DNA of 64,000 bases. It comes from Yuukianura sp. NJ FZ-2021 (Eukaryota). The stretch is taken from contig CM102284.1 in NCBI GenBank assembly GCA_046563655.1, positions 5,952,001 to 6,016,000 on the forward strand, given 5' to 3'. A model generated the notes under the pieces. That model ran no database searches and was not told the DNA's origin. It saw only the letters and a list, made by a program, of their open reading frames with translations. Positions within the stretch are counted from its first letter, which is position 1, and the number at the start of each line of letters is the position of its first letter. Of this stretch, positions 35,737-48,700 are shown piece after piece. The position numbers and the translations under genes are program-made.

Positions 35737-36836
35737 ATGTCTTATAATAACCATCCAGCCTACGACCAAGCTCAACTTCAGCAACAGCAACAACAACAGC
35801 AGCTGCAGTACTTCCAACAACAACAGCAGCAGTATGTCGCCGCCATGAGCAACAGCATCGACAGAACAACGGGATCTATTCCTAGAGGCGTCCCACCACC
35901 ACCTCCATCACAACAACAGCATCAGCAGCAGCAGCAATCTTATCCGCCAATACAAGGATCGGATAATCAACAACAGTTTGCTGTTTGGACCTACCAGCAA
36001 CATCAGCAGAACATGCTGCGATATTCAGCCCAGCCCCAGCCTCCGACGTATCCACCGCCAGCATATGCCTATCCTCAGTATCACAGTTATCCTCATGGAA
36101 CGTCGCCGCAAATGGTACCAACGCCTCGCGGTTACTACGGATATCCACAGCCTCCAGCTCCTGCCGCCATTTCTGCTTATGCAAACGTACAAGCACAACA
36201 GCAGCATCAGGCTAGCATCCAGCATAACGTCGCTCCGCCTCCAGGAGCCATCTATTCACGAAGTTCAGCCCAGCCTCCGACTCCAGTGACAGCACCACCT
36301 CCAGCCGAAACGTATGCTGCACAACAAGCTCCAGCCCAACAGAAATCACAATCTGCTGCTCCAGAAGGAAAGGCTGAAGTGAAGACGAAGCAACCTATTG
36401 TGGTACTGTCCTCTTCCTTACTTACACTGAAATCAATTGTTAGAAAAAGAGCATGAAGTCAGAGCAGTCGGTTCCGCAATTGAGCAATTGATGCTTACAA
36501 TGTGCCATCTTCTAAGTCAATAAAGTTGCGAGCTCTTTGTAGGTCGGTAAAAGACGTGGTGGGCGAGTGTTGCCAACTGGTGTTGTAAAGAAGCAGAAAG
36601 TAGAGACACCACAACAGGTAAAATAACAACAAAAATTCAACATTTTGAGTTTTCAACTTCTAGTCAATGTTAAGATGCTTTCTAATTAATGCTAGTTTAA
36701 GAGATTGACCTATTTTGAGTTTGTGTTTGAACAGGTTCGTAAGGATCCGTGGTCACAGTACATGCATGAAGTGAAACGATACAAGGATGAATCTTGTGAC
36801 GATGGTAATAGCAAAAACAGGCCACTCGTCAAGTAA
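35737..36836 (+). CDS. TRIR: TRIR/C19orf43-like (telomerase RNA component-interacting RNase family) with a Q/P/Y-rich N-terminus
   Basis: Exons 35737-36402, ~36543-36617 (VGKRRGGRVLPTGVVKKQK) and ~36735-36836 (DPWSQYMHEVKRYKDESCDDGNSKNRPLVK*). These match the conserved C-terminus of the family as recalled. Confidence 0.8.
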
Positions 36837-37085
36837 CGTCGCATTCGGATCCGAAGGAGCAAGAGATTTCTTTAAACGATTTCTAATTTCTTAGTTATTG
36901 TTATTCATCCTAAACAGATGCCCCCCAACTTTAGTGTCAAGGTCAACCCAGCTGTGGTATTAAAAATTGTTTCTTTTAGCACAAAAATTCAAGCAGAAAC
37001 CACCATTTTAACTTTACAAATGACTGCTGTCGTTTTTGTTGTTCATTCAAAATTCATGCTCGAGTAAAAGAATTGATTTTCGTGA

Positions 37086-37263
37086 TTTTTGACTGATTTT
37101 ACGAATTAATTTCAAGTTTTGTTTATTTTTGACTGATTTTACGAATTAATTTCAAGTTTTGTTTATTTTTGACTGATTTTACGAATTAATTTCAAGTTTT
37201 GTTTATTTTTGACTGATTTTACGAATTAATTTCAAGTTTTGTTTATTTTTGACTGATTTTACG
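37086..37263. repeat. 40-bp minisatellite, ~4.4 identical copies
   Basis: The unit gactgattttacgaattaatttcaagttttgtttattttt starts at 37091, 37131, 37171 and 37211, with a partial copy at 37251. Confidence 0.97.
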
Positions 37264-37744
37264 GATTTTTGCATCGATAATTTCGTCTTCTCCATGAAAT
37301 TTCGAATTTTTTATTCTATATTTTGCTGCAACCACACGTCACTTAAAAATTAATTTTTTCCTTCCTTGGTTTTGCAGCGAAAATTATGTTACAAGAAATA
37401 AAATATTTTTTAAGCGGCGTGAACAAACAGCAAAATTTTAAAGTGGAATTCAATTTTTTATTGCTACAAGTCAGACGCCGCGTGAAATTTAATTAATTTT
37501 TTGTATCGTCTTTCAGTAGAAATTCTCTGTACAAGAATAATAAATTTTTTAAACGGCGTGAGGGTATAGCAACAAAAAAAAAGATAATTTTCAAGAAAGT
37601 TTTGATATTCAGCAACAAAATAAACGCGTAAACGATGGTGTGAGAAGTTCCACACTTGCTGAATTGCAAAAATTTTATTATCCGTTGATTTAAACTTCAA
37701 CAGCAATGAATTCCATGAATTTTCTCCAAACAATTGTTGAAAAT

Positions 37745-39410
37745 GTACTTTTTGCAAAATTTTTGCACTAAAGTATGCGAAATATTGTTTTGCAACTTCA
37801 ACTGGTCGATGGAGTTGCAGAAATTGCAAGAAAGTTGAAATTTTTTGAATTTTGTACTTTTGAGAAATTGGAAAGTGTCCGGAGTGAATTTGGTCGATTT
37901 GAGATAGGGGATTATACGGAGCAAAGAGGCAGGTAGCCCCTCTCTGCTTTTGGGGTTTTTGTATGGGAAGGCCGCCAGCGGGAAAAAAGTTGAGAAAGGA
38001 GAGGAGCCTTTCTGACTCGCCTAATCTCCGCATAGCTCCGGACAGTTTCCAAGCAGAGCCTACCCCTCTGCAATGTAAATCTCTTTTCGAAATTTCAGAA
38101 AATTAAAAAACTTTAAAAATTCATATCTTTTGAACGGATTGCGTTAGAGAGCTAATCTCTTCACGCCTAAATTCACAATGATCACTAGAATAATTTAAGC
38201 ACAAAAAACCGAAATCGAAATTTTTACTAATTTTTAACAAAATACCTGAACTATAGTTCATGCAATTTTTCGAATTTCATAAAAATTTTGAAGATGCGTT
38301 TTTTTGCGAAAGTTTTGTACCAAATTACATGAACTACTATTTTGGATCAATGAGCTGAGCGCTTGCTCCACAGAAATCGCTGTATAGTTGAAAATTCAAA
38401 ATTTTGTTCAATAAAAGTGAAAGTTTTTTGTGATTTGGTTCAGACGCTAGTTAAAATTTTAAATAATTCTGTCTGTATTTCGCACAGGCATACCTTACCT
38501 GAAATTATTAATTTTTTATACAAGTTTGAGGAACTCTCTGAAAATTCGATTTTCCATTTTTCAAAATTTGATTATATTTTAAAAATGTGTTTGGAAAAGT
38601 TTTGTACCAAATTAAAGCGAAATGTCGTTTTGCAATTTGAGTGCTGAATTTTTTAAAACAAGCATATTTTGAATTTGAATGTGCGTTTTTTTTTTGCGAA
38701 AATTTTGCACTAAATCATGCGAAAAGATGTTTTGCAACTTGAGTCGAGCGATGGAGTGACAGAAATCGCTGCAAGTTTGAAATTTTTAGAATTTTTTAAA
38801 TGAGGAATTATGCATGTGTTTTTGGAAGTTTTTGAAAGAGTCTTTTACATGGGAGGCCTTTGGGAGAGGCAAAAAGTAGATCGGAGATTATACGAAGCGA
38901 AGAGGCGAGATAGGTCTTTTGCTCTTGTGTGCTTTTTGTATGGGAAGGCCGCCAGCGGGAAAAAAGTTGAGGAAGGAGAGGAGCCTTTTTGGTTCGCCTA
39001 ATCTCCGCATAGCTCCGGACACTTTTTCAGAGGAGCCTTCAACTTCACAATGGAAAATCTCTTTCCAAAATTTCAGAAAATTCAAAAATTCATATCTCTG
39101 GAACTGAATGCAATAAATTGCTAATTTTTTCGCGATTCACTCCAGCATGATCAAAACAATATTTTAAGCTGAAAAATCGAAATCGAAAATTTTGCTGATT
39201 TTTGCCAAAATCCCTGACTTGTAGTTCATGTAGGTACTATTTTTTGAAAACTTGACGAATTTTTTGGAAAAAATTAAATTGTAAAATAAAATCTCTTTCC
39301 ATTTCTAAAAAATTAAAAACGTTCAAAATTCATATCCCATGAACGGAATGCTTTAAATTGCTCGTTTGTTCGCGAATGAGTTCAGAATGATGCGAAGAAC
39401 GTTTTTAGCT
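37745..39410. mobile_element. Two diverged direct copies (~0.5 kb) plus a partial third of a non-coding repeat; probable non-autonomous DNA transposon
   Basis: 37749-38265 aligns with 38691-39232. They share the core tttttgtatgggaaggccgccagcgggaaaaaagttga...cgcctaatctccgcatagctccggaca. The aattcatatc...gaac submotif recurs at ~38118, ~39087 and ~39327. No transposase ORF is present. Confidence 0.6.
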
Positions 39411-39846
39411 ACAAAACAGATTCAAGATGTGGTTTTATTTTCAACAAGATCATTTCAATTCCAATCAGCTCGAAACACGTAAATTCAAATATACCGATCT
39501 TCATAATGGAAGAAACGCCCGAAAGGAAAATTGATCATTGCCAGTGAGCGTTTAATGACAACCGTTTCGGTTTCAAGGGAAGTTTTTTTTTCCTGGAGCA
39601 CTAATTTCACAACAATTAGAGGAAGATACTTTGACAAATGAAATTAATACAAAATCACAGAACAGCTAAGGTCTAATTAGTATAAGTCAACTTGTCTAAT
39701 TTCCTTATTTAGATCCTAAGCTTTAGAAGAGAGTTTTCGACGATAATTGTTAAGCTTCGGCGTCAACACATTACTCGCTTTTCCGAAATTGATCCAAAAT
39801 AAGTTATGCTCCTAACTGTGCTTTTTAAGTAATTAGTAATTACTTT

Positions 39847-42800
39847 TTAGAGTAGTTTAATTTCCCAGTCTTCACTGACAAGAAATCCAGGTTTTCGTAT
39901 CACAAATACAGAGTCACCTTCAAATTCCAACTGTATTGTTTTTCCATGGGCTGAAAACGAAAACCAAAATTAGAAACTTGTAAAACGTAATTTTTCTATT
40001 GAATTCTGAAATTTCTTACATTCGCTGCAGCTGCCCTCAATTTTCGATGGCTTTTTAGGAATGCCAAGAAGAACGACGCGTTCAATCCATTCGACAGTTT
40101 TAAACGTAGTCTCAGGATTTAAAACTCTGAAAAACATAGCAAATATAAGCATTTGGCTTGTAGCGATCAGTTTTGAACAAATTGATGCACTAACTTTGAT
40201 CTGAGAACGTTATTTTCAAAGGTAAACTCAATTTCCAGACGCTTTCCTTGTCTGTATTCGTAGGTTTCTCCATCGTCAATGTACAAACTACCGCTCGCCT
40301 TGCCCTAAAACATAAATCATGGTCATCAGCTTTTCAAAACTAGGGAAAAAAGTATTACAAGTATAATTTGTAAAATTACCGATTTGTCTACTGCTACAAA
40401 TAGAGTATAAGGATCCTTCTTCATAAGCGACGAGGCTCTTCGGATTCGCTGTTTCGTTGGGATAATAGATCCTCCCCGTTGGAAGACTGGAATCTAATAA
40501 TCAAAACCATGATTTACAGAAACGTATCATACAGCAAATAAAGTTTAACTGTTGAATTTCAAATTAGTTACAGTATCGTCATCCACGGGAATTGTGTGAT
40601 GTCCAGGCTTAAATTCTTTGTAACTGTAGAAATCGAACCAACTTCCCTCGGGCAAGTAGACATTCACGCTAGTGGCTCCTTGCTCAGTTACAGGATGGAC
40701 AAGAAGGGACGGTCCTGCAAGCGTCAGAAATTATTCAGTTTATTCCGACTTTGGACTAATTAGTTAAAACTTACCGACAAGATACTGGTCTTGAATTGGG
40801 AATGTGGCAGTGTCTTCAGGAAATTCATACCAAAGAGGACGCATCGGTGGAGCTCCATTTTTCTCATTCACAGAGAACAACGTGTACCTAAAATGGAACA
40901 AAGTAGAAAAAAATTGCCAGGATTGAATTTCATCTGAGTTTGCAATTGTACCACAACCGGTACTTACCAGTATGGCAAAAGCGCATAACGTTTCCGAACG
41001 GCAGACCGAATGAGTGCTGTCATTTTATCTCCGAATAGCCATGGCTCCCTCCGCTTCGTATCAATGTGAGCATGACTTCGCATGAATGGTTGAAATGCGG
41101 CAGTCTAAGAGATTCATTCCAGCATATTATTTACATGACAAGTGACAGATTGATTTCACAATAAGTTTAATTCCTACAAATATTTATACCTGGTACCAAC
41201 GAAGAAGAAGTTCAGGTTCTGGATTGTTGAAGAATCCTCCAATGTCGGCTCCACAATGTGTGATTCCCGTAATGCTAAGAGTAAGACACATGGGAATTGA
41301 AACCTTCAGATGTCCCCAACTCGACATGTTGTCACCAGTCCAAACTGCAGCGTATCGCTGCGTTCCGACATAAGCCGCTCTGGAGAGAATAAAGGGACGA
41401 AGACGACGTTCCGAACGCATCAAATGACCTTCAAACGTCGACATGACCTAAAAGAGGGCAAAATTATTGAAGGAAACTAAAACTGCAAGATTTTAGGTGT
41501 GCAGTTGTGAAGTAATCCTCTGACCAGCATAAGTCCATACAGGTTGTGGACGTCTCGATGTTCCCAATCTCCATAATGCATCATATCTTTAGGCATTGTC
41601 ATCTCTGTAATAAAAAAGACATCGTTAGTTTTCTCTTTCGTTGATTGACTTTCTTTTTAAATCAAATTCTTACCTGGTCCATTAAAAACCGAAGGCTCGT
41701 TCATATCGTTCCAAGTGTAGAGGTCAATGGTAGAACCGACATACTTATCAAAGGCAAAAAGTGATGCCCAGTACTCCCTTGTCCTTGGATCAAACAAGTC
41801 CAAGTACGACGAGGATCCTGGCCAGCACCACCCTGCAGAAAGAAACAGTTGCTATGATTCTTGATTCTTGAAAAACGAGCTTTTAATTAAGTAAAACTGG
41901 AACTTTAGATTACCTTCGTACACTTTCCCGTGTTTATCCTTCACGTACAAGTCATCACTCAAGGCTTTTTCATGCAAGAAGTATCCCGACTCCCGTTTGA
42001 TGTGCGGATCAATGATGGTAACCATTTTTCGACCTTTCTTAGTCAGGTTCCCAATCATCTCGATCGAATTACGGAACTTGTGGCCATCCCAAGTAAAATA
42101 TCTAGTGAAAAAGCGTAGAATTATAAAATATATTTTGCAAAAAGAAGAGTGAAAATTGAGTATGGATCGCGTACTTTTTGCCGTCTGTGTGCTCAATGTC
42201 AAGCCAAAGAGAATCAAATGGGATATCATGGAAGTCAAATCCAGCATGAACGTTTTGGACATCGTCTTCATCTTTGTAGTTCCAGCGACATTGATGGTAG
42301 GCAATACCCCACATCTGACGAGACACAAAGAACGAAAACTAAACGTCAGTTACCACCTTGTAAGTTCTTAAATTCACAACGAAGAAACTTTTGCGTACCT
42401 GAGGAATTGGAGTTGTTCCAGCCACTTTGGCGTACTGACGAATGACATCCGATGGACGTGGGCCCATGAAGATAGTGATGTCGATAATTCCACTTTCACT
42501 CATCCATCGCGTCTTCCCAGTGTGCTCCTCTTTGCTTCCTCCTGTGTCATTTCCAGAGTTATTTAGCCAGTGACGGTGATGTGACGAAGGCAAGAGGAGC
42601 GCAAATGACAGGAGAGTTAGGATACAGCCATAAGCAACTACAGAGGCAAAAGAATGCCAGCTAAGAGCCCCAATTTAGCATTATTGGCAAAGGTACCAGA
42701 AAATAGGAATGGTTAGGCAAAAATTCAACAAAATATATTATCTAGACCATCCCAAGCAAAGCACATGAGAAAACATACCTCCGACTAAATTGACAAGTGA

Positions 42801-44125
42801 ATCGACAATTCCGGAACTTCCGACACCAATATCAATCCAGGTCTCTGCAGCATTTAGCCAAAGTACGCCAACCGTATTCTTGGGACTGAAATCAGTAAAA
42901 TTATAAGTAAAATTCAACGCGAAACCGATATGTGAATCTCCAATGATTCCTCCACGACTAACCTGTGTGCAATAATGTAGGGAATTGCTCCATAAATTGC
43001 CATACCACTGTCCAATTCATACTCGAAAACGTCCAAGTTGTAAAGTCGATGTGGTTCGCCATTTCTGTTGAATCAAAATATGGCGCATTGAAATATTGAA
43101 AAACATTGTCCAGAGAGATGGAATTCAAGGAACCTCTTACCTCGTGTCCTTGAGCATAAAATTGTCAGTGTGCTCTGGAACTCCATATAAATGCTCAGTA
43201 TGAGGGAAGTCAATATCTACGCCAATCGATTCGGGCCCGCGAGGCTTAGAATCAGTATTTCCACTGTAAGTTTCTTCCCACATTCTATCTCCAACTTCCT
43301 CAGCAGGAGCTTCCACTGCATCGACAATATCTTCATCCTCTTCCTCCTTTATTGCCGGTTCATCATTCCTAATAGCAAAAGAAAAAAAGAACGTTAAAAC
43401 CAATGACCCAAAAATCAACACCATGAAGATTATTGCAAAATTACGTGTCCGGCTTCACTCGTAGATGTTCAAACTTCAGAGTGCTCCTGCCGTTAATGAC
43501 TGTCACCTTCTCGTCATTAGCAAATGCTTCAATTCGAAACGGAGTAGCGTACACTCTCAAAGAATTCACTCCAGAATGGATGGCCCAATGATCAGACGCC
43601 TTCTTGATTTCATACCTGTTTCATCAATAGGAGTTTAAAAAGTGAACAACTTTTTTTAAAATTACAGCAAAAACTAAACTCACATTCCGTAGGTCAGCTC
43701 CGGTAGCAAAGCATGTTCCACTTCGTACCGAGGACGAATTGGATTTGCTTCGTTCATTTTTATTCTAAAAGCGCCATCTTCTAGTGTAAAAATTTGAAGC
43801 GTAAATGGTATACGGTTCTTGGTGTTGATGACCGGGAATTCGACCATTGCTCCCTTCTCTACCCCAGCGTTGATGTTAGCCTCATACTGCGCTGATCCCT
43901 CAGCAACACCCCTCTGCCGTCTAGCATGAAAATAAGACAATTTCTTAGTAAACTCAATATTTGTTAGAATTTTCATTTCAACATAGGTTAGATTGATAGA
44001 TATGCCAAAGATCCTTACGTGCAGAATCCACTGTCACTACACGTCCTGAATTTGCTATGATCCACAGTGTTAGAAATTACTGGCAAAATCGTCAAAATCC
44101 CGATAGTCCACCAAACGTTCTTCAT
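39847..44125 (-). CDS. GANAB: Neutral alpha-glucosidase AB (glucosidase II alpha subunit, GH31)
   Basis: Signal peptide followed by [15 protein letters not shown]. Motifs: [36 protein letters not shown], catalytic [37 protein letters not shown], and C-terminal DWEIKLL*. Confidence 0.96.
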
Positions 44126-44867
44126 TTTAAGGGTACTAGCTTTGAGATTTCCGAGTTTTTCAGTGACAGCTCACCTTGTAGAGTACGCCCTGCAATAGCA
44201 CAAAAGAGAAGTACAAAATTTGTACTACAAATTATCACATACGAAATCAAAACCCACTATGACACCGGACAGCCTGCAAAAACATAAACCGAATATCGCA
44301 GTCTAGTAAGCCCTGCCCGGACCCGAGTATCTTCACTAAATATTCTATTAACAGACACATTTCTTAGATTAGTAAGTGAGCGCTGCATGCACACGGATTA
44401 ACTGACGAGAAATAATTACCCTTTTTTCAGTGATTTTGGCAAATTACCGTGTTGTCAGGCGATAAGCCGGTGACCGAAGATTAATCAAGCAGCGCTTAAG
44501 ACTTAAGTATGCAATTAATGAGTCTGGGTTAAGTTGTAAACTACCGACAAAGATTCACACGTCGACAAAAGAGCTGATCAATCGCAAGATGATAGGCCCT
44601 TTCTTGCTGTATACCGGAGCCGGGGAATCTTCTGTAATATTTTTTGCATTCAGGGAAATACACGCAAAAAACCGCGAAATTCAAATCACGTTTGTTTTTG
44701 AATTTTATCCTTTTTATCTTTTTTGTTTTGCACTTCCAACTTCCATTCTCTTCTCAGCTGCTCTGCTGCGCTATTTCGATAAATTGGGTTGTTGAACCTT
44801 TAATTTTAATTTAATTTATTAATTTTAATTCTTAAACAGAGGTGTTACCTGTTCTGTAGAAGTCAAA

Positions 44868-46285
44868 ATGAGTGACGATGGTGGATCACCAAGCAATTCG
44901 GCTTCTGCCAATTCCACTGATAGAAAAGTATTGATCAAACCTATGCAAAAAGAAAACAAGGTTTTACGGGTACGTCAAAATTTAGGAATGACTAATTCAT
45001 TGGTATGTATATCGGTAATTACATGTTTTTTTTTACAGGCTGAGGTCCGAAGACTCGACCAGAAAGTGAAACACATTGAAGCGGAACTCGCAAAGTCCAA
45101 CACAGTCAAAGATCGCTTGGAGAATCTATGTCGTGAACTGCAAAAACAAAATAAGCTTATCAAGGTATCTGAACTCACCCTCCTTATGGTAGTACTTGGA
45201 TAACCTGTTTTTTTTTTTCAGAACGAGAGCTCAACGAAACTGCAAGAAGCGCACGAGAAAGGGAAGCAGCTAGCAGTGGAAGTGCAAAGCAACATGGGCT
45301 TTATGAAGAGTATTAATGACAATTTAGCTTCAATTACCACAGAGAACATGAAGGTTTTACTTTAAAACAAAACTAATTCGACTTTTTCAATTGTTGTCTA
45401 AATACTAAAGGCTTGTAACCCTGCATTTTAGGTGAGGCATGAGAATCAAGAACTGAATGCCAAGTTTGACATCATCAAATCCCATTACGACAAACGGGAA
45501 GAGGTTGGTTTACTCTAACAATTTATAGCCAAAATTGTTGTTAGAAGTTAAGTTGCAAATCAATTTGGGTATTTGGACACATTAGATTATCCAGAACGCT
45601 CTGAAGGAAACCACTGACTCATGCGCAGCCGCCCAGACAGAACTTGCTGAGCTAAAACTGAAGAACGCTGAAGAAAAAGAAAAGTTGTATATCGAAATGC
45701 AACAATTGGCATCAGCCCTAGTCAGTACGCGGGAACAAATTAAAGAAGCGAAAACTACAGAGATTCAGCTTCGTGAGCTCCTTCACGCATACGAATCTAA
45801 ATTCAATGGCCTTCAAACCGCCCTTAAGGAAACGAATGGGGCTTACCAGTCTTTTCGTTCTGAAATGGCCAAGGTAAGCTTCAGTTTTGTTTTGTAGCTA
45901 ATTTCCAAACCTTTGCAAATTGCTATTGAACTTTGCATTTTGCTTGTAGGTAACAAAGAAAACAAAAGATTTAGAGGAAGACGCACAAAAGTGGAAGAAG
46001 CGCTGGGAAGAATCTAGGGAGTCCTTCGCGAAAGTTGAAAAGAACAGGGCTAGCCTGGAAGCTGAATTGAAGCGATCCAACGAAGGATTGGGTAAAATGA
46101 AGGACCTATGTCGAGCACTTCAAGAAGAACGCAAGCAGCTACTCAAGGAACTGCGAAAATGTAGTGGAATTGACAAAGAAAACGATGGATCAGTGCTACA
46201 AGAAGCTTCTAAGAACCATAATGGCGAAGTCTCAGCAGAAGGAGAAATGCCATCGACTTCTACTTCATCAGTTACCCAGGATTGA
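44868..46285 (+). CDS. Taxilin-family coiled-coil protein
   Basis: Multi-exon coiled coil with the taxilin motifs KDRLENLCRELQKQNKLIK, YESKF...FRSEMAK and KMKDLCRALQEERK. Confidence 0.88.
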
Positions 46286-46970
46286 CGCTTTTTAACCAGT
46301 AATCGTCAGCCTTTTTTGTCCAGAGAGACTTACCTAGCAAGCTCATTTTAATTACTCAATTTCAATTAACTCCCTCCAAACTACTAGCATCATCATCAAC
46401 CATCAACTGCCATGATCTAAACTAGTCCGCGTCCATACAGGTATTACAGTACACTGTCAAGTATCTCAATTATTCAGTATTTCAGGAAACACACCAGTTT
46501 TAGTGACATACTTCCGATGTAAAAATTTGAACAAACCAACTACAACTTGCAAAATTAAATCCAAATTCATCAAACTTTCTACATGAGAATGAGCTTCCCC
46601 CAGCGAAGAGAACGTACGTCATTAATTTCTACCGAAATTTAATTGCGTAATATCTTTTCGAAAAGCAATTGTTTCCCAGCTCTTTTTGAAATGTTAAATT
46701 TTTGTATTCCAAAACTCAAAGGGCGTTAGAGGGTAAGTTAGAGCCAATGAAATTGAGAGTTTTTCGAATTGTTCCTTCCGAACATAAAATTTCAATGACA
46801 AATCAATTTTAATCCATTTCTCATTTGTTTGTTAGCTAACGTAAAATTTGGCACAAGTGGAGTCAGAGTCTCTTTGAAGTTATTGCAGGATACGCTTTCA
46901 TTGGACCTCGTGAGTTTCACATTTTCGTAACCTTGACATGGCTTGGATGAAGAATGGAATCTGGAACAAC

Positions 46971-48083
46971 ATGAAATCGGCTCTGCCAGTTTTCGTGATG
47001 TTATTGGCACAAGAGATTCTGCCAAATAACGGCATAGAACCTCTACCACCGCTGCAACCTTTTGGACCAGGAGGATTTGCAATCCCCGGGGTGCCACCGA
47101 TGCCCCCTATGCCCACCGTCCCTCCGGTTCCAGCCCCACCTCCAACACCAGCCGCTGCTCAAGCTCCAGCAGCTTCTCAAGCTCCAGGAGCTGGTCAAGC
47201 TCCAGCAGCTTCTCAAGCTCCAGCCGCTGCTCAAGCTCCAGCATCTTCTCAAGCTCAACAGCCTCCACCACTTACGCCAGGCAAGTTACCACCGCCAGTC
47301 AATCCTGTACCACAGGAATATAGAGGCTCATCGTCACACGAAAATGGAACTTCGCATGAGTTAGATTCAAAGGAGCAACACGATGCTGTCACACCCCCAA
47401 CGAAATCTGACAGTGGAAAGACCGAAGCGACGTCATCTCCAGCGACAAAGAAACACGAACCCGGACCAGGACATGCTGAACAGGACAAGAAGCAAGACCA
47501 ACCAGCACATGCTGGACAGGACAAGAAGCAAGACCAACCAGCACATGCTGGACAGGACAAGAAGCAAGACCAACCAGCACATGCTGGACAGGACAAGAAG
47601 CATAGCCCACCAGGAAGTGCTGGAGAGAACAAGCACGACGCACCATCACATGTTGGACAGGGCAAGAAGCATCATCCATTATCCCACCCCAGAAAAACGT
47701 CTTATGGACATACTTCATCAAAGTCAATTCCTTCTGGAGTTGGATTCTACAACACCTCAAATTTCGCCCATAACTCCAGTTCCAGTTCCTTCTCCAGCGG
47801 AGACTTCATGGCAAAAGTGAAGGACTTGGACAAACACACTGGAAAAATGGTCGAGAAAAATCTAACTGCCACGGGATACACTGGTGATATGAATTCTACT
47901 AATGCAGGCATGACCAGTACCTTTTTTTCTGGAAAATCGAAGAATGGTACTTCCGAAGTTGAAGTGCAAGGTAAACGGGAAGATGCGAAATTTAACGACG
48001 AACAATCTAAATTTGGTGGAGGCGAAATTATGGAAGCTCATGGGGAAGCAAAAAAAGACGACAAGAAGTCAGGTAAATCCTAG
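46971..48083 (+). CDS. Intronless, putatively secreted Pro/Ala/Gln- and His/Lys-rich repeat protein of unknown family
   Basis: Open frame of 370-381 aa with a hydrophobic N-terminus (MKSALPVFVMLLAQEIL), AASQAP-type repeats and a 12-aa HAGQDKKQDQPA repeat. An AATAAA follows at ~48254. Confidence 0.75.
   Translation: MKSALPVFVMLLAQEILPNNGIEPLPPLQPFGPGGFAIPGVPPMPPMPTVPPVPAPPPTPAAAQAPAASQAPGAGQAPAASQAPAAAQAPASSQAQQPPPLTPGKLPPPVNPVPQEYRGSSSHENGTSHELDSKEQHDAVTPPTKSDSGKTEATSSPATKKHEPGPGHAEQDKKQDQPAHAGQDKKQDQPAHAGQDKKQDQPAHAGQDKKHSPPGSAGENKHDAPSHVGQGKKHHPLSHPRKTSYGHTSSKSIPSGVGFYNTSNFAHNSSSSSFSSGDFMAKVKDLDKHTGKMVEKNLTATGYTGDMNSTNAGMTSTFFSGKSKNGTSEVEVQGKREDAKFNDEQSKFGGGEIMEAHGEAKKDDKKSGKS
47472..47603 (+). 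repeat. 36-bp coding tandem repeat (~3.6 copies)
   Basis: The unit catgctggacaggacaagaagcaagaccaaccagca is repeated nearly perfectly. Confidence 0.95.
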
Positions 48084-48700
48084 TGAAAAATTGTCTTGAC
48101 CTTAAGGTCATTTCAAATTTATCCGAAGCGCAGTTTACAACATTTGGATTACTGTACATTTTTCTTTGAACAACCGTAGCTAAATTGGAGCATTCACAAA
48201 ATTCATTCCAGAAAATTATCTTAAAATTATCCAGAAAATTAACTTTGTTAAAAATAAATTTCTCTATCCAAAACTTTTGACATGCGTCAAATGAGCATGA
48301 TATGACACAAAGTGATAAATTTTTATATTTTTTTTTCTGAAAAATAGTAAGGTTTTAGGAATTTTCGTACCAAATTTAAAAAACATTAGCAGGATTTTCA
48401 TTCCCCTTTGGGCATGAAATTCTGAGGAAGTTAGAAGATCCAAATTCAAACTCAGTGATCTTTTCTGCCGGAAAAAGAAATTTCAAATAATTTTACGTCA
48501 AAGTTTTAAAGTTAGGTGAATTTAAACGGGCAAAGTTTCAGGCGGCGTTTATTCCTAACGTTAACTTATTTTGCAAATTTAACGTAAAACTTAATTGCAA
48601 AGTTTCTTAATTGAATTTTTAGTTTAACTTTTCTTAAGTTTTAGTTTTGAACTTTCGTTTTTCTGAATTTCATTGAAGTGTTTCGCCTTCAAATGGTAGA

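Noticed and set aside
37086-37263. CRISPR-like array
   Set aside because: These are head-to-tail identical units with no spacers and no cas genes, in a eukaryotic context.
37464-39107. ORFs of 189 aa and 62-65 aa sharing MRRLGE...PAGGLPIQK
   Set aside because: They are translations of the non-coding repeat, with no domain features and no conserved frame beyond the core.
42543-42778. Longer-than-usual GANAB intron as a snoRNA host or cassette exon
   Set aside because: No convincing C/D or H/ACA box arrangement or open in-phase exon was found by eye.
47043-47820. Cys-rich antisense ORFs (SCPACAGWSCFL repeats) resembling a metallothionein
   Set aside because: They are shadows of the 36-bp coding repeat. 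The + frame has the signal peptide and the longest ORF.
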